Source of the DNA: Piromyces finnis finn
Lineage: Eukaryota; Fungi; Neocallimastigomycota
Length of the DNA: 64,000 nucleotides
NCBI GenBank assembly: GCA_002104945.1
Contig: MCFH01000006.1
Location: 496,001 to 560,000 of the forward strand
Reading direction: 5' to 3'
Shown piece by piece: positions 9,142 to 21,104 of this stretch (positions within the stretch are counted from its first letter, which is position 1; every line of letters begins with the position of its first letter). Both the position numbers and the translations under genes were made by a program. The notes under the pieces are model-generated. The model saw only the letters and a list, made by a program, of their open reading frames with translations, made no database searches and was not told the origin of the DNA.

Positions 9142-10401
9142 AGAAAAGAAACGGATATGATATATTCAAGAATTTTAAAATGACGATCATAAGAAATTAT
9201 AATAATTGTATTTTATCTTCCAATGGAAATCAGCGTCAAAGACTAGATTTTTTTCAGAACCATTGATTTGACTTACTAGCATTAACATTCTTGATTACTA
9301 TTTTGAACATGAATCATTGCTAGCCAATATCATAAGGCAATATTAAAAAAAAACTTTTAGACTAGGAAGAAAATACACTTCTTGTGCAATCTTAAAATTA
9401 AAAGTTCCTCAGTAGCCGTCAGAAATGAAGACCTTTTGTAAGTTTTTTTTTTTTTTTTTAATGGCATCAAATATTTTAAACTTTATTATTAATTTAATTA
9501 AAATTATAATACATGTAATAATACCTTTTGTAAGTGTCAGGTTTAATTTGACAATTGTAAAGTTCTTTCAATTTCCTTAAAAATTTTTCCTTCCAAGGTG
9601 GAATTTTAATATTTTTTTTACATAAAAGTTTATTAAATTCTTTTATAAGGTAAAGATTTTAAAAACAAACCCTCTTTCCTTTTATTTTTTTTTTTTTTTT
9701 AATTCACATTCCAATAACAAAACTGCCTTTACTTCTTATAATTTCTAGTTAAAATTTCATTTGATTCATAAACACAATATTATTAATAATAAACAATACC
9801 TTTACTTTTTTTTTAATTATTTTTTATTAATTTATACACAATTTTAAATGATTATTTTAACAATATATAATAAAAACAATTTTTCTTTATAATTAAAAAA
9901 ATTGGTTATTATAACTGTTGATTAGATAATAATTTAATAAATTTTATGAGGTTTGTATTATATTAAGTTCTTTTCCATTTTGGAATATATTAAAGTTATA
10001 AAATTTACTATGATAATTATAAATTCTAATAAACTTTAATATAACGTTACGTATGTGTTTAAATAAATTGTAATTTTGACTTGTTTCTAATATTTTTTTT
10101 TCATTTAACATTTGATTATTTCATTATTATATTATATCTTACTTTGATTTAATATTTTGAACATTTTTAAGGCTTTTTTTTTTTTTTTGAATGAAAAAAG
10201 GAAAATTTAATAAATTAATTCAACTCCTTATATTTTAATATAATATTTAAGCTTTAAATCTATAGATTCTATTATTAAAATTATTAAAAACACTAGAGAT
10301 AATTTAATCTAATAAATTGTTTCATAAATTTTCACTTTTATCTTTCAATCCTTTTCCACCTTTCATGTTTAATTAAAAAGTGGAAATAGATATTAATAAA
10401 T

Positions 10402-12153
10402 TTAGTTAGCTAAAGCGGCAATAACACCAGCACCAATACCAGAACCATCCTTACCAAGAGCAAGAGTAATGTTTTCGGCGAAGATACCTAAGAGTTCACG
10501 AAGAGCATCTTGGATTCTGTTACCGAAGTGTGGGTAGTGTTCGAAGACGGAACCATCAATAGCAACGGTACAACCATCGAGCTTCTTCATTTGAGTAACT
10601 AAACCGGCAATACAGCAAGCAGAAAGACGAGCAGCTCTGATACCGACAAGTTCAACAATACGACGAACAATACGACGGTCACGAGCAGTAGTGTTTGGAA
10701 CACCTAAGAGATCTTGAAGAACAATCTTAGTGTCAGATAAATCGGCAGAGTAATCTCTTTCAATTCTAGACATGAAAGCAGTTTCGAAACTGTTTTGCTT
10801 CTTTAATTCTTCACTTAAGTAACCGTTGAAGAGGCACTTCTTTTCAATAAGGTCAAGGAAGACGTTTCTGCAAATTTCACCAAGGTACATACCAGAAATC
10901 ATCTTTTCGTAGATGTGTTGACCTGGGTTTTGAGATTCAGCATCTAACTTGTTATCGTATTGAGTTAATGGAAGCATGGCCTTTTCTTCATCGTAAGCTC
11001 CCCATTCACAGTTGATGATCATTTCACCAGAAGCTGGAGTAGCACCCTTCCACTTCTTAATGTTTTCAATCTTTTCAACGTAAGCAGCGTTGGTACCAGT
11101 ACCAAGAATAACACCAACAAGAGTTTGTGGGTCATTGTAAGCGTGGGACATAAGAGTACCGACGGTATCGTTAACAAGAGCAGCAACCTTAACCTTTAAT
11201 CCCTTACGAACAAAGGCTTGGTTTAACATTTCAACGACATCCTTACCTTCAGTGTTACCACAGTTGAAACCCTTAGTCCAAACTAAAAGGTTACCAGCGT
11301 TAAGGGCGGTTTGGTTGACTGGGAAAGAGAAAGTGAAACCAAGTTCTAATTCCTTTTCAGATGGAACAACACCACTATCCTTAAGGAAGGATTCAACAGA
11401 GGAAGCAAGGAAATCGAAAAGAACAACACCATCGGCGTTCTTGCATTCTTCTGGAATAGTGAATTTCTTTTGTCTAAGACGAACGGAAGATTGACCTTCA
11501 AGGTAAACTTCACAAACACGGAAGTTGGTACCTATTTTCAAATATTATTAAATAATCAATAATTTTTTTAGTACCATCGTTTTATTTATACATTTTGCTT
11601 TTTGATTTATATTATTCTTTTTGTTTCCGTAATATCTTTTTATTTATTTCTTTTTCATTCATTAATATTTAAATTTTTTATTTTTTGTTTACAATTTTAC
11701 TATAATTCTTTTATTTTTTTTTTAATTTTATTTATTTACTTCAATTAAATTTTTTGTTGAAAATTAAAATATCCTTTTTTTTTAAATACTATATGTAAAC
11801 AATGCTTTTTTTTTTTTTTTTTTTTTGACTTTAATAAAATAAACGGTTTTCAATTATTTAATATATTTACCTCCTAAATCGAGAGCAAGGTAAGAACCAG
11901 TTTCCTTACCAGTTGGACGGTTGGTAACGAAAGATGGAAGCATAGCAACAGTAGCACCTTCGTGATCTAAACCCTTTTGAAGTTCACCAACAAAGTGCTT
12001 AACAATTTCCTTTAACTTAGTTGGACCGACAACGAAAAGATCTTCCATATCAGCAAGAATTTCATCTTCGCTAATGATGGTGTTGGTCTTAGCTTGACGA
12101 GTGTTCTTGAACATGCTAAGGAAGTTAGCAACTAATTCGTTAGTATCAGACAT
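10402..12153 (-). CDS. HXK: Hexokinase, 470 aa; exons 12153-11871 and 11531-10402
   Basis: The GT-AG join restores LALDLGG/TNFRV. Also LGFTFSFPV, WTKGF, NDTVGTL, ILGTGTNAAY, INCEWGAYD, EKMISGMYLGE and DGSGIGA. Strong codon bias. Confidence 0.97.
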
Positions 12154-15100
12154 GTTGGATTAACTTAAAAATGTTAATAATTAAATAATTAATTTTTTTA
12201 ATGAAAAAAAATTGGAAAACAAAAAAAAAAAATTTATAGTGAAAATATCACCATTTTTATGTTATTTTTTATTTCGAATATAATTTGTCGAATTCAATAT
12301 ATATGAGTCAATTCAAACTCTTAGATTTATTCAATGTCGAAATATAAAGTAATTCATTTATTATATATTACTATTATTTATTTAATATATTTATAATAAT
12401 ATATAGTATTTATATTTTAATATATTAAAAATAAATATATTGAATAAATTGATATTTTGAATTCATTATCAATTAATTATATTTAATTTTAAAACAAGTT
12501 TATTTAATAATTAATAAAAAAAAAACAAAAGTAAAAACTAAATTAATGAACACAATTTTTTAGAATTATTTATACTAATTATTCAATAATATAAATATAA
12601 ATACATATTAATAAGTAGTTATCATTATTAAATAAAAAAAAGCATAGTAAGAAGAAAACCAACGACAATTAAATAGAAGAAAAATTGTGATTTATTTTTA
12701 CTTTACACTTTTAAATAACTTAATAATTTTATATATTTTTATTATATTATTAAAGAAAATATTCATTTATTATATAATAAGATTTGTTATTAAAATTTAT
12801 ATTGAAAGTATTGTAAAATTTACTTTTAATATGTTTTATTATATATTAAATAATACACTATTCCATTAAAAAATTGTATTCACTTTTTAAAATCATTTTA
12901 TATATATTTAATTTGAATTTAAATTATAATATATTTATAATATTCAATATAAAAATGGAATAAGTTATATATATGAAATTATGTAATGAAATATACTTGT
13001 AATATATCTTTAATAATACTAAATTTATCTTTAAAAAAATATAAGCGAGGTTCTTTCATTAATAGTTTATAATGATAGAAATAAACAGTTTGTAGTTGAA
13101 ATAGAATAAAAAACAATTCATATAATTTTATTCAATAGATTTTATAAATTGTAGGAGGAAAAATGATAAAGTATTATCAATAAACCATAATACTTTGTGT
13201 AAATGTGAATTTTTGTTTATTTTTCTAAAAAAAAAAAAATATTATTACAGTTATTAATCAAACCCTTTCTATTCATTTGAAGCTATCAAATATAAATTGA
13301 TTAGGTTCAGTGCATAACATTTCTTTATCTTTAGAAAAACTCAGACTATAACATAAAATTAAAAATTAATGTTAATTTTATAAATATACCTTTGTCTTTT
13401 TTTTTTTTTTTTTTGTATACTCCTTTACAACATTTATTATTATCATCATTATTACTTTAATTTTTTATAATTATTTTCACTATATTATGAATGTATATTT
13501 ATGTCTCATTTTAATTTTCAGTTTTATTTAACAAAACTTTAACCTTTTTATTATATAACAAACCCAAAAGTATAAAAAAAAAATACAGCTACATGTATAA
13601 AATATAAAAGATATATAAACAATAAAAATACAAATGATATGAAAAACATGTATACCTTTATATTTTTCTTTTCATATTCTTTTTATGCTATTTTATTTTT
13701 GTCATTTTCTTTTATTATACATTGATTATAGATGAATATTTTTTTTATTAAATAATATGAAATAGTAAAAAAAAACATTTCATTTTGACAAATGAATCTT
13801 TAATGCTTTGAAAATCATAGTATTGTCAATGTAGGATCAAAAGTGAAATCCATCCATATTTTATCCTATTTCATGGTGAAAAGGATACACCCATAATTAA
13901 CCTTTTTTAATAAATAGTCAAGTAGTATGGTTTTTAATATTATTCAGAGTTAATTATGAAAAGAATAATAAAAAAATAGGAAAATAATTAAAGCCAATTT
14001 GTACTACCCTAACCTAATCATAATATTAATATTTTTATAATAAGATAGAACAAATAAATATATTATATATATTATTTCATATATAGAAATATTTAATAAT
14101 ATATTAATAGTACATTTCCAATATTAAAAGAATATATTTATTAGAATAAGTTGTTCCATTCAAGGTATAATTAAAAAATTTAAATTAATTTTTAATTTTG
14201 GTCTAAACTTTAATACTATTATATTTCATACATTAATAAACTAATTAATTGATTATCATCCATATATTATATATAAATGAAACAAAAAAAGTGTTTTTTA
14301 ATTTACTTAATATATTATTAATAAAGAAATAAAATATATTTTCAAATAAACTAATAATATACTATAAATGAAACTACATACTATTAACATAATATTCTAT
14401 TTATTTAAAAATGGAAATTTTATATTTTGATGATTAAAATAATAATATATTATTTTCCTACGAATGAATGAATGAATGAATTAGACCTATTATTTTTTAA
14501 TTTATATATTAGAAGGTGGTAGTAGTAGTAGTAATAGAAGCAGAAACATTAATTCATAGCTAAAACAAAAAAAAATAATTTTAAAAGGCTTTTACTTATG
14601 TATGAAATTTATATTATTTTCTACTAAAAGTCTTTGTGAAGAATAAATAGTTACATCGTATAATATATAAATGTTGATTTTTTTAAATAATAATATTAAA
14701 AATATATTAATATTTTTATAAATGTTCCAATTTTTTTAATTAATATTTATAATATTATAGTTGGGTTATTATATAGTTTATTGGATTAAGAAAAGAAGAA
14801 TTACAATTATTATTCCAATGTATTGAATTGATTGGATGCATTAATCATAACTTTACTACGATTGGTTTATTGTGTCATACAATACTTCAAATTTAATTTG
14901 TATTTAGAATAAATAAAGAGAAAGCTTTACTATTAAAAGTCATCATTTCAAAATGAAAGACTATCAAAAGCATGATAAAATAACTACTATATTATATTTA
15001 AATTACTAGTTGGATAAAAAATTTTTTTTTGCTTGAAATGATTATATTAGCTTGATGGAATAATTTTTTTTTTGTTGAAATTAGCTAACTATTTCATCAT

Positions 15101-17033
15101 AAATAATAGTATACCTACTTTTATATAGGTTAGATCATCCATAGATAATAGTCTTAACTACTTTTATATAGGTTAGATCTTCCTTATGAAGCAAGGTCCC
15201 ATTATTATATTACAAATTATGTATTAAAAGAATTGTTTGTATACATTTAAATTAATTAAATTATTAATATTTAACTTTATTTATTATTTAAATATATTTT
15301 AATAATTTCCTTTTTCATTCAAAATTAAATAAAATTAAATGATATTTTTTTTAAAGTTATTAATTTTTTCCTTTTTTGAATGATACCTTTTAATTTTTAG
15401 GTAGATAGAAAATAACTCATCAACAGTATTTAATTAAAAACAACCCATCTTTTTTATGAAGAAATGTGGATAACTTTTTAAAATTTTTATTTTACTATAC
15501 GTTTTTTATTTTGAAAAGTAAAATATAATATGATAGTAATTGAGGAAAGTTTGGCATTTTTAACTAATTATTTGACAAAAAAAAAGGTTAAAATTTTACT
15601 GTTATTTAAAATGGATCATAATGAAAATTAATTCTAGCCATTCTTAGTTAATATAAATAAATAAATTTAATAATTATTTATATAAAGATGATAATTTTAT
15701 TAATATATACATTTAAAGTATATTAATTAACTAACAACAATAGTTTATTAATTTTATGATTAATTTATACCTTGAGTTTTCGTTTTTATTTTTGTATAAT
15801 ATCTGTAAATTAACCTTGTCCCACTCAATTAATTATGTTGAAAATTCATTTTTACTAATAAAATATGGTTTATTTTAATATTATAATTAAATCATGTGAT
15901 AAGATGGATGAAAGATATAATAAAGAATTTGTTTTTTTTTTTTTTTGCTATTATAATTTGGGATTTGAACATTATCTTAAAGTAGTTACTATTTTATACT
16001 TTATAAAATAATTAATGATAAAAATGAAATATCAATATTAAGTTTATTATTGACCTTGGATTTTATCGATTTTTTTATGTATATGATTGTAAAATTAAAA
16101 AGATAATTTTATTTATAAGCTTCAACTTTTTTTTCTTAATAATTTTATACTTTTATACTATATTATAAAGTTTTTTTTAAGATTAAGAAATATAGTTTTA
16201 TGGTGAAAGAATAATGCTGATTTTTTTTTTATTTTTTTTCTATTTTTATTGTTAGTATATTTTCCTTTTAACTAAATAAAAAAAAAATTTTAGTTTCAAT
16301 GTTAAAATGTTGTATTGAAGGATTTATAATGTGATTTATAATGTGTATACTGTAGAACTAAAAAAGGTTTTAAAATAATAATAGCATAAAAGTAAAAGTT
16401 CTTATACTTTATCATTAAATAAAATAAAAAATTTATAAAAGTTTAAATGTTTATATAGTATGGTACTATTCTTTTTTTTTTTAAAAAATACATACAAAAT
16501 TTTATTTTTATTTTATAATACAAAAAATTAATTTATATAAATGAAATTAAAGTTTATTTATTTTTTCTTTTTTTATTTTTTGGGAACAGAAATTCATTTT
16601 CTTTAAATTAATTTGAAATTATATTTTTCTTTAAGAATAGAATAATAAAAATAAAGTCAAAATAGTAAAGCACCTTGTTTTTTTTCTTTTCTTTTTTTTT
16701 TTTTTTTAAAAAAAAAAAAAATGAAAAATTCAATTTATAGAGAATATAATTAATCTAAAATTTATAGAAAAATTAAACATTATGAAATAAACATTCTAAT
16801 TTTAAAAATTGCAATTATCTTTTATATAATAACAATAATAAACTATTTTTATTAAGAGTATAAAATATTAGAAACAGGTCATCATAATAGTTAAAAAAAA
16901 TTCAATATCTTTCCATTTAAAAAACAAAGAATTAAAATTTAATTTTCAAATATTAAACGTTACATAGTTTTTTTTTTTTAAAAAAAAAGTTCCCATTGAA
17001 ATATAAATTTGAAAACTATAAAATATAAATTCA

Positions 17034-18785
17034 ATGTTACCCATATTAAAAGAGGTCCATACTTTTACTTGGGTTTATGGTATTATATCATAAGAATATA
17101 ATATATTTTCAATATACCATCTTAAATAAATGAATGATACATTTTTATTAATAAAAAAAATAAAACTATATATATTTGTTAATAATTGTTACAATTATAA
17201 ATTAAAAAACTGAAATTAAAATAATTGACGATTGAATTATGACGAAATTATATTTTATATTATTATTTGTTGTTGATGATTTAATAATGGTATTTAATGA
17301 AATTTATTAAAAAGGACAACCTGAGAATGTGATAATTACAGGGAATTTTGATAATTGGGAAAAGAAAATTTATATGGATAAAGATCCATTAACAAATATA
17401 TTTATTTCAAGAATCCTACTTCCAATTGGACAAAAAATTATATATAAATTTGTAGTTGATGGAATTTGGCAAAATGATCCAATGCTTCCTGAAGAAATTG
17501 ATATGCAAGGGAATAAAAATAATGTTCTTGTTATAAAACCCAGTATAGACAATCAATGTATTGATGACTCTAAAATAAAATTTAAAAAAGAAATGAATAA
17601 TAATAAACTAAATATGATACCCAATAATACCAAAAAATCAAATGCAAAATTAAAATTTAATCAAGAAGCTAAACATACCCACTACGAATTTATTGAAAAT
17701 AAAATTGAAAATACTATAAATAATAAAATATATAAAGGTAAAATTATCTATATTTTATTATTAAAATAAAAAGTTTTTATATTAAATTTTTAATTAATTT
17801 ATTTAAAAAATATTTATATTATTGGCTCTGTATCATCATTTTTGTTAAAATAATAAATCAAAAATAAATATTATAAATATATTTAAATATGATAATATAA
17901 TAATTATTTAGTATTATTAATGGGTGATACTGGTGTAGGAAAAACATGTATATTATCACGTTATGCATATAATGAATTTTCTATTAAATCTAAATCAAAA
18001 TATGGTATTGATTTTGGTACAAAAGTTGTACAATTAAATAATAATAAAACAACTGTAAACACACATATATGGGATACCTCAAGATATTCAAAGTAAATAA
18101 ATTCAAAAATCAATAAAATTTATAGTATATATATAAATGAAATGATGACTTGTTTTTTTTTTTAACTTATTATTCATTATATTTAAAGACATATACCACT
18201 CTTTTTTTTAGAAGGATCAATATGTGTGATAGTAGTTTATGATATTACAAATAAAGATAGTTTTGATAATTCGAAAATTTGGATTCAAGATATAAAAAAT
18301 AAATTTGAACGTTTACATAATAAAGAAAATATAATGTCTATCATGCTAATAGGAAATAAAGTTGATCAAGAGAACGAAAGAGAAGTCAGTTATGAAAATG
18401 CTAAAAAGTTTGCTGGTAACCAATTATTATATTATTGTTTTAAATATTATTAATTAGGCATCATTTATCTATCTATTTATATATATTGTATATATTATTA
18501 ATATTATTAATAACATTAATATTTCATAATACTTCATATCTATTTTATTATAATTATTATATATATATATATTCTAAAAAAAAGATGATGAAAAAATAAT
18601 GTTTGAAGAAATATCAGCTTTAGGTGCTATTAATGTTGAAAATGCATTTCGTAATGCATTAGAAGGTATTTAATACTTTATAAAAAATTTAAATTTAAAA
18701 TTAAATTTTAGCTAAATACTTGTTTAACTAAATTATAAAAATTTATATAGATTTACATCAAAAGGTTTCAAAAAAAAAAAAATAA
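17034..18785 (+). CDS. CBM48/AMPK-beta-type glycogen-binding domain fused to a Rab-like small GTPase domain, about 330 aa; exons 17034-17079, 17315-17737, 17912-18092, 18189-18415, 18585-18665, 18751-18785
   Basis: All five GT-AG introns keep frame (993 nt total). CBM: HTFTWVYG/QPENVIITGNFDNW..YKFVVDGIWQNDP. GTPase: YK/VLLMGDTGVGKT, YGIDFGTK, IWDT, VVYDITNKDSF, GNKVD, EISAL..NVENAF. Confidence 0.85.
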
Positions 18786-19287
18786 ATAAACCAAATAAGC
18801 TAAATATAAATAAATAGATATAAAAAAAAATATCTTGTATTATTAATATCAACATACCACACTTTTTAAAAGAATTATATATATATATATATTCTATAAG
18901 AAATCTAGTTTTTTTTTATTTTATTTTTTTATTTTATTTTATTTTTTTTTTTGTAATTTATTTCTCAATAATTGATATCAATTTTTTATTTGTAATATAG
19001 CTTTAAATTTGTAAATATCTCTTATACTTTTATTAAATGTATATCATTATAAAATATCGATGCTAATTTTATACACAAATAAATAAAATAGGAACTATTA
19101 AATAAGATAACATATTTTATATTTATTATACATTTTAATTTTAATTTGTATTTTTTATTATATTTTGAAATTTTGAAATGTCTAATTTTAAAAGAAGAAA
19201 AAAGGTGAAGAAAAAAAAAAAAAAAAAAGAAAATAAAAAACAAATAAATAAATGAAATGAAAAAAAAAAAGAGAATAAAATTTCTAT

Positions 19288-19809
19288 TTATTTTTTAAAG
19301 ATTTTTAATATACGTAAGGCGTCTCTTAGGGTATAACTTTTATCCCCATTTGTTTCTTGATTTCTACGATGAATACCGATAATAGAATCGAAATATTCAG
19401 AATCTAATTCTTCTATATTCTTTAAAATATCTTTTTTGGTGATAATACCTCTTAATTTATCATGTCTTACTACAATAATACACCTTGATCCTAACTTTTT
19501 AAAAAGATCAATAATAAATTCGGCAGTAACATTTTCATCTACACTTATTGGTGTCTAATGATATTTTAATAAATACAATATCAAGGGTTAAAATTTAATC
19601 CTAGTTCAAAAATTTTTAAAATTATAAATTATAACAATAAAAAAAGATAAATAGATTTTATATCTTACAGCATCAAAGAATGGTCTAAAATCTACATTTC
19701 GAACTTCATTTGAATGCTCACGAGAACCTAAGCTATTAGAGGAACTACTAACATTTTTTAAATCACCAAATCTACATTTAGCATTATCATTTACTAATAA
19801 ATTACGTTC

Positions 19810-19841
<32 letters not shown>

Positions 19842-21037
19842 TAATATTTTAGAAATTTTGCTTTTTTGAATTTATGATAAATTATGAAATCAAAATTTAA
19901 TAGGTATTAAAAAAAAAAAAAAAAAAAAAAAGAACACTTACCTAAACCGGTTTTTAAATCTGATCGTGTAATATAACCTGTAACATATTCTTCTTTATCA
20001 ATAATTGGATAACCTTGATATTCGTTTTCATTCAAAATACGTTCTTTTATATATATAATTCAATAAAAAATAGGATTTGATTAATGAAATATTATATTAT
20101 TATTATATATCTATATAAGAAAACATACTAAGATAGCCGATAGTAGCATCTGTTGATTTAATAGTAATTAAATCATCCTTCAATGTCATAATATCCTTGG
20201 CTTTTTTTCCAATAAAATATTCTTCTTTTTGATCTAAATATGGATAGTTTCTTAATCTAATAATCATATGATCAGTAAACATAACCGTTAAGGATAAGCA
20301 TATAATATATGATATAATAATATATACATATAAATCTCGAAAATTATATTTATTTATTATTTATATAAAGGATATATTCCTCCTTTGCCAAAAGCATCTC
20401 CGACAAATTTTGCTGTCATCAAACTAATCATACATGGAACAATATAATTCAATGTACCGGTTAATTCAAACATAATAACAACAATTGAAACTATAATAAA
20501 ATAATAAAAAAAATTCATATTTAATTTGTTGATTGTATTAAAAAAGAAATAAAAATATTAAACCGTCATAACTACAACATATATATAATAATGAAACTTA
20601 CTTGTCATTCTAGTTACACCACCTAAAGTTGCCATGGCACCTAATAAAGCATACATACCAGAGGTAATACACATTTTATCTGGATGACAAGAATTAAATA
20701 ATGGGAATGATGGATAAGCTCTAAAAATAATTAAGATAATAGTAGAAAAAAAAAAAGATATTATTTATATATTTTATAAATTAAAATAATATTAAATATT
20801 AATAATAATGATGATAAATGTAATAAATCATTAATTAAATATAAATATACTTTAATTTTTTTTTTTTAAAAAAAACTCTACTTACTGTTGAATATGCTGT
20901 AAAATAATACCTAAAACTCTTCCAAAACATGCACCTATAGTCATTGATGGAATAAATACACCACCAGGAACCTAAATTAGTTATCATAATAAATAAATAA
21001 ATAAATAAATAAATATATAAATAAATAAATAAATATA

Positions 21038-21104
<67 letters not shown>

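Noticed and set aside
9180-9600. Higher-complexity island with a weak C/D-box-like pair on the minus strand and a repeated ACCTTTTGTAAG
   Set aside because: The C box is degenerate, I could not match a guide to rRNA from memory, and no consistent exon chain was found. An Infernal/Rfam scan would decide.
11252-11494. Antisense or alternate-frame ORFs over hexokinase, TAL1, DSK2, SWI1 and the SH3 gene
   Set aside because: Expected by-products of codon bias, with no independent evidence.
12687-12869. Low-complexity I/F/Y/L/K-rich ORFs (12687-12869, 19022-19243, 24058-24243, 24787-25020, 39310-39498, 45877-46068, 47696-47893, 62224-62409, 63234-63563)
   Set aside because: Composition is that of AT-rich non-coding, intronic or antisense DNA; no motifs or splice support.
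13080-13920. Exon-like open stretches between hexokinase and the CBM-Rab gene
   Set aside because: Could not be joined into a frame-consistent model; stops interrupt every candidate.
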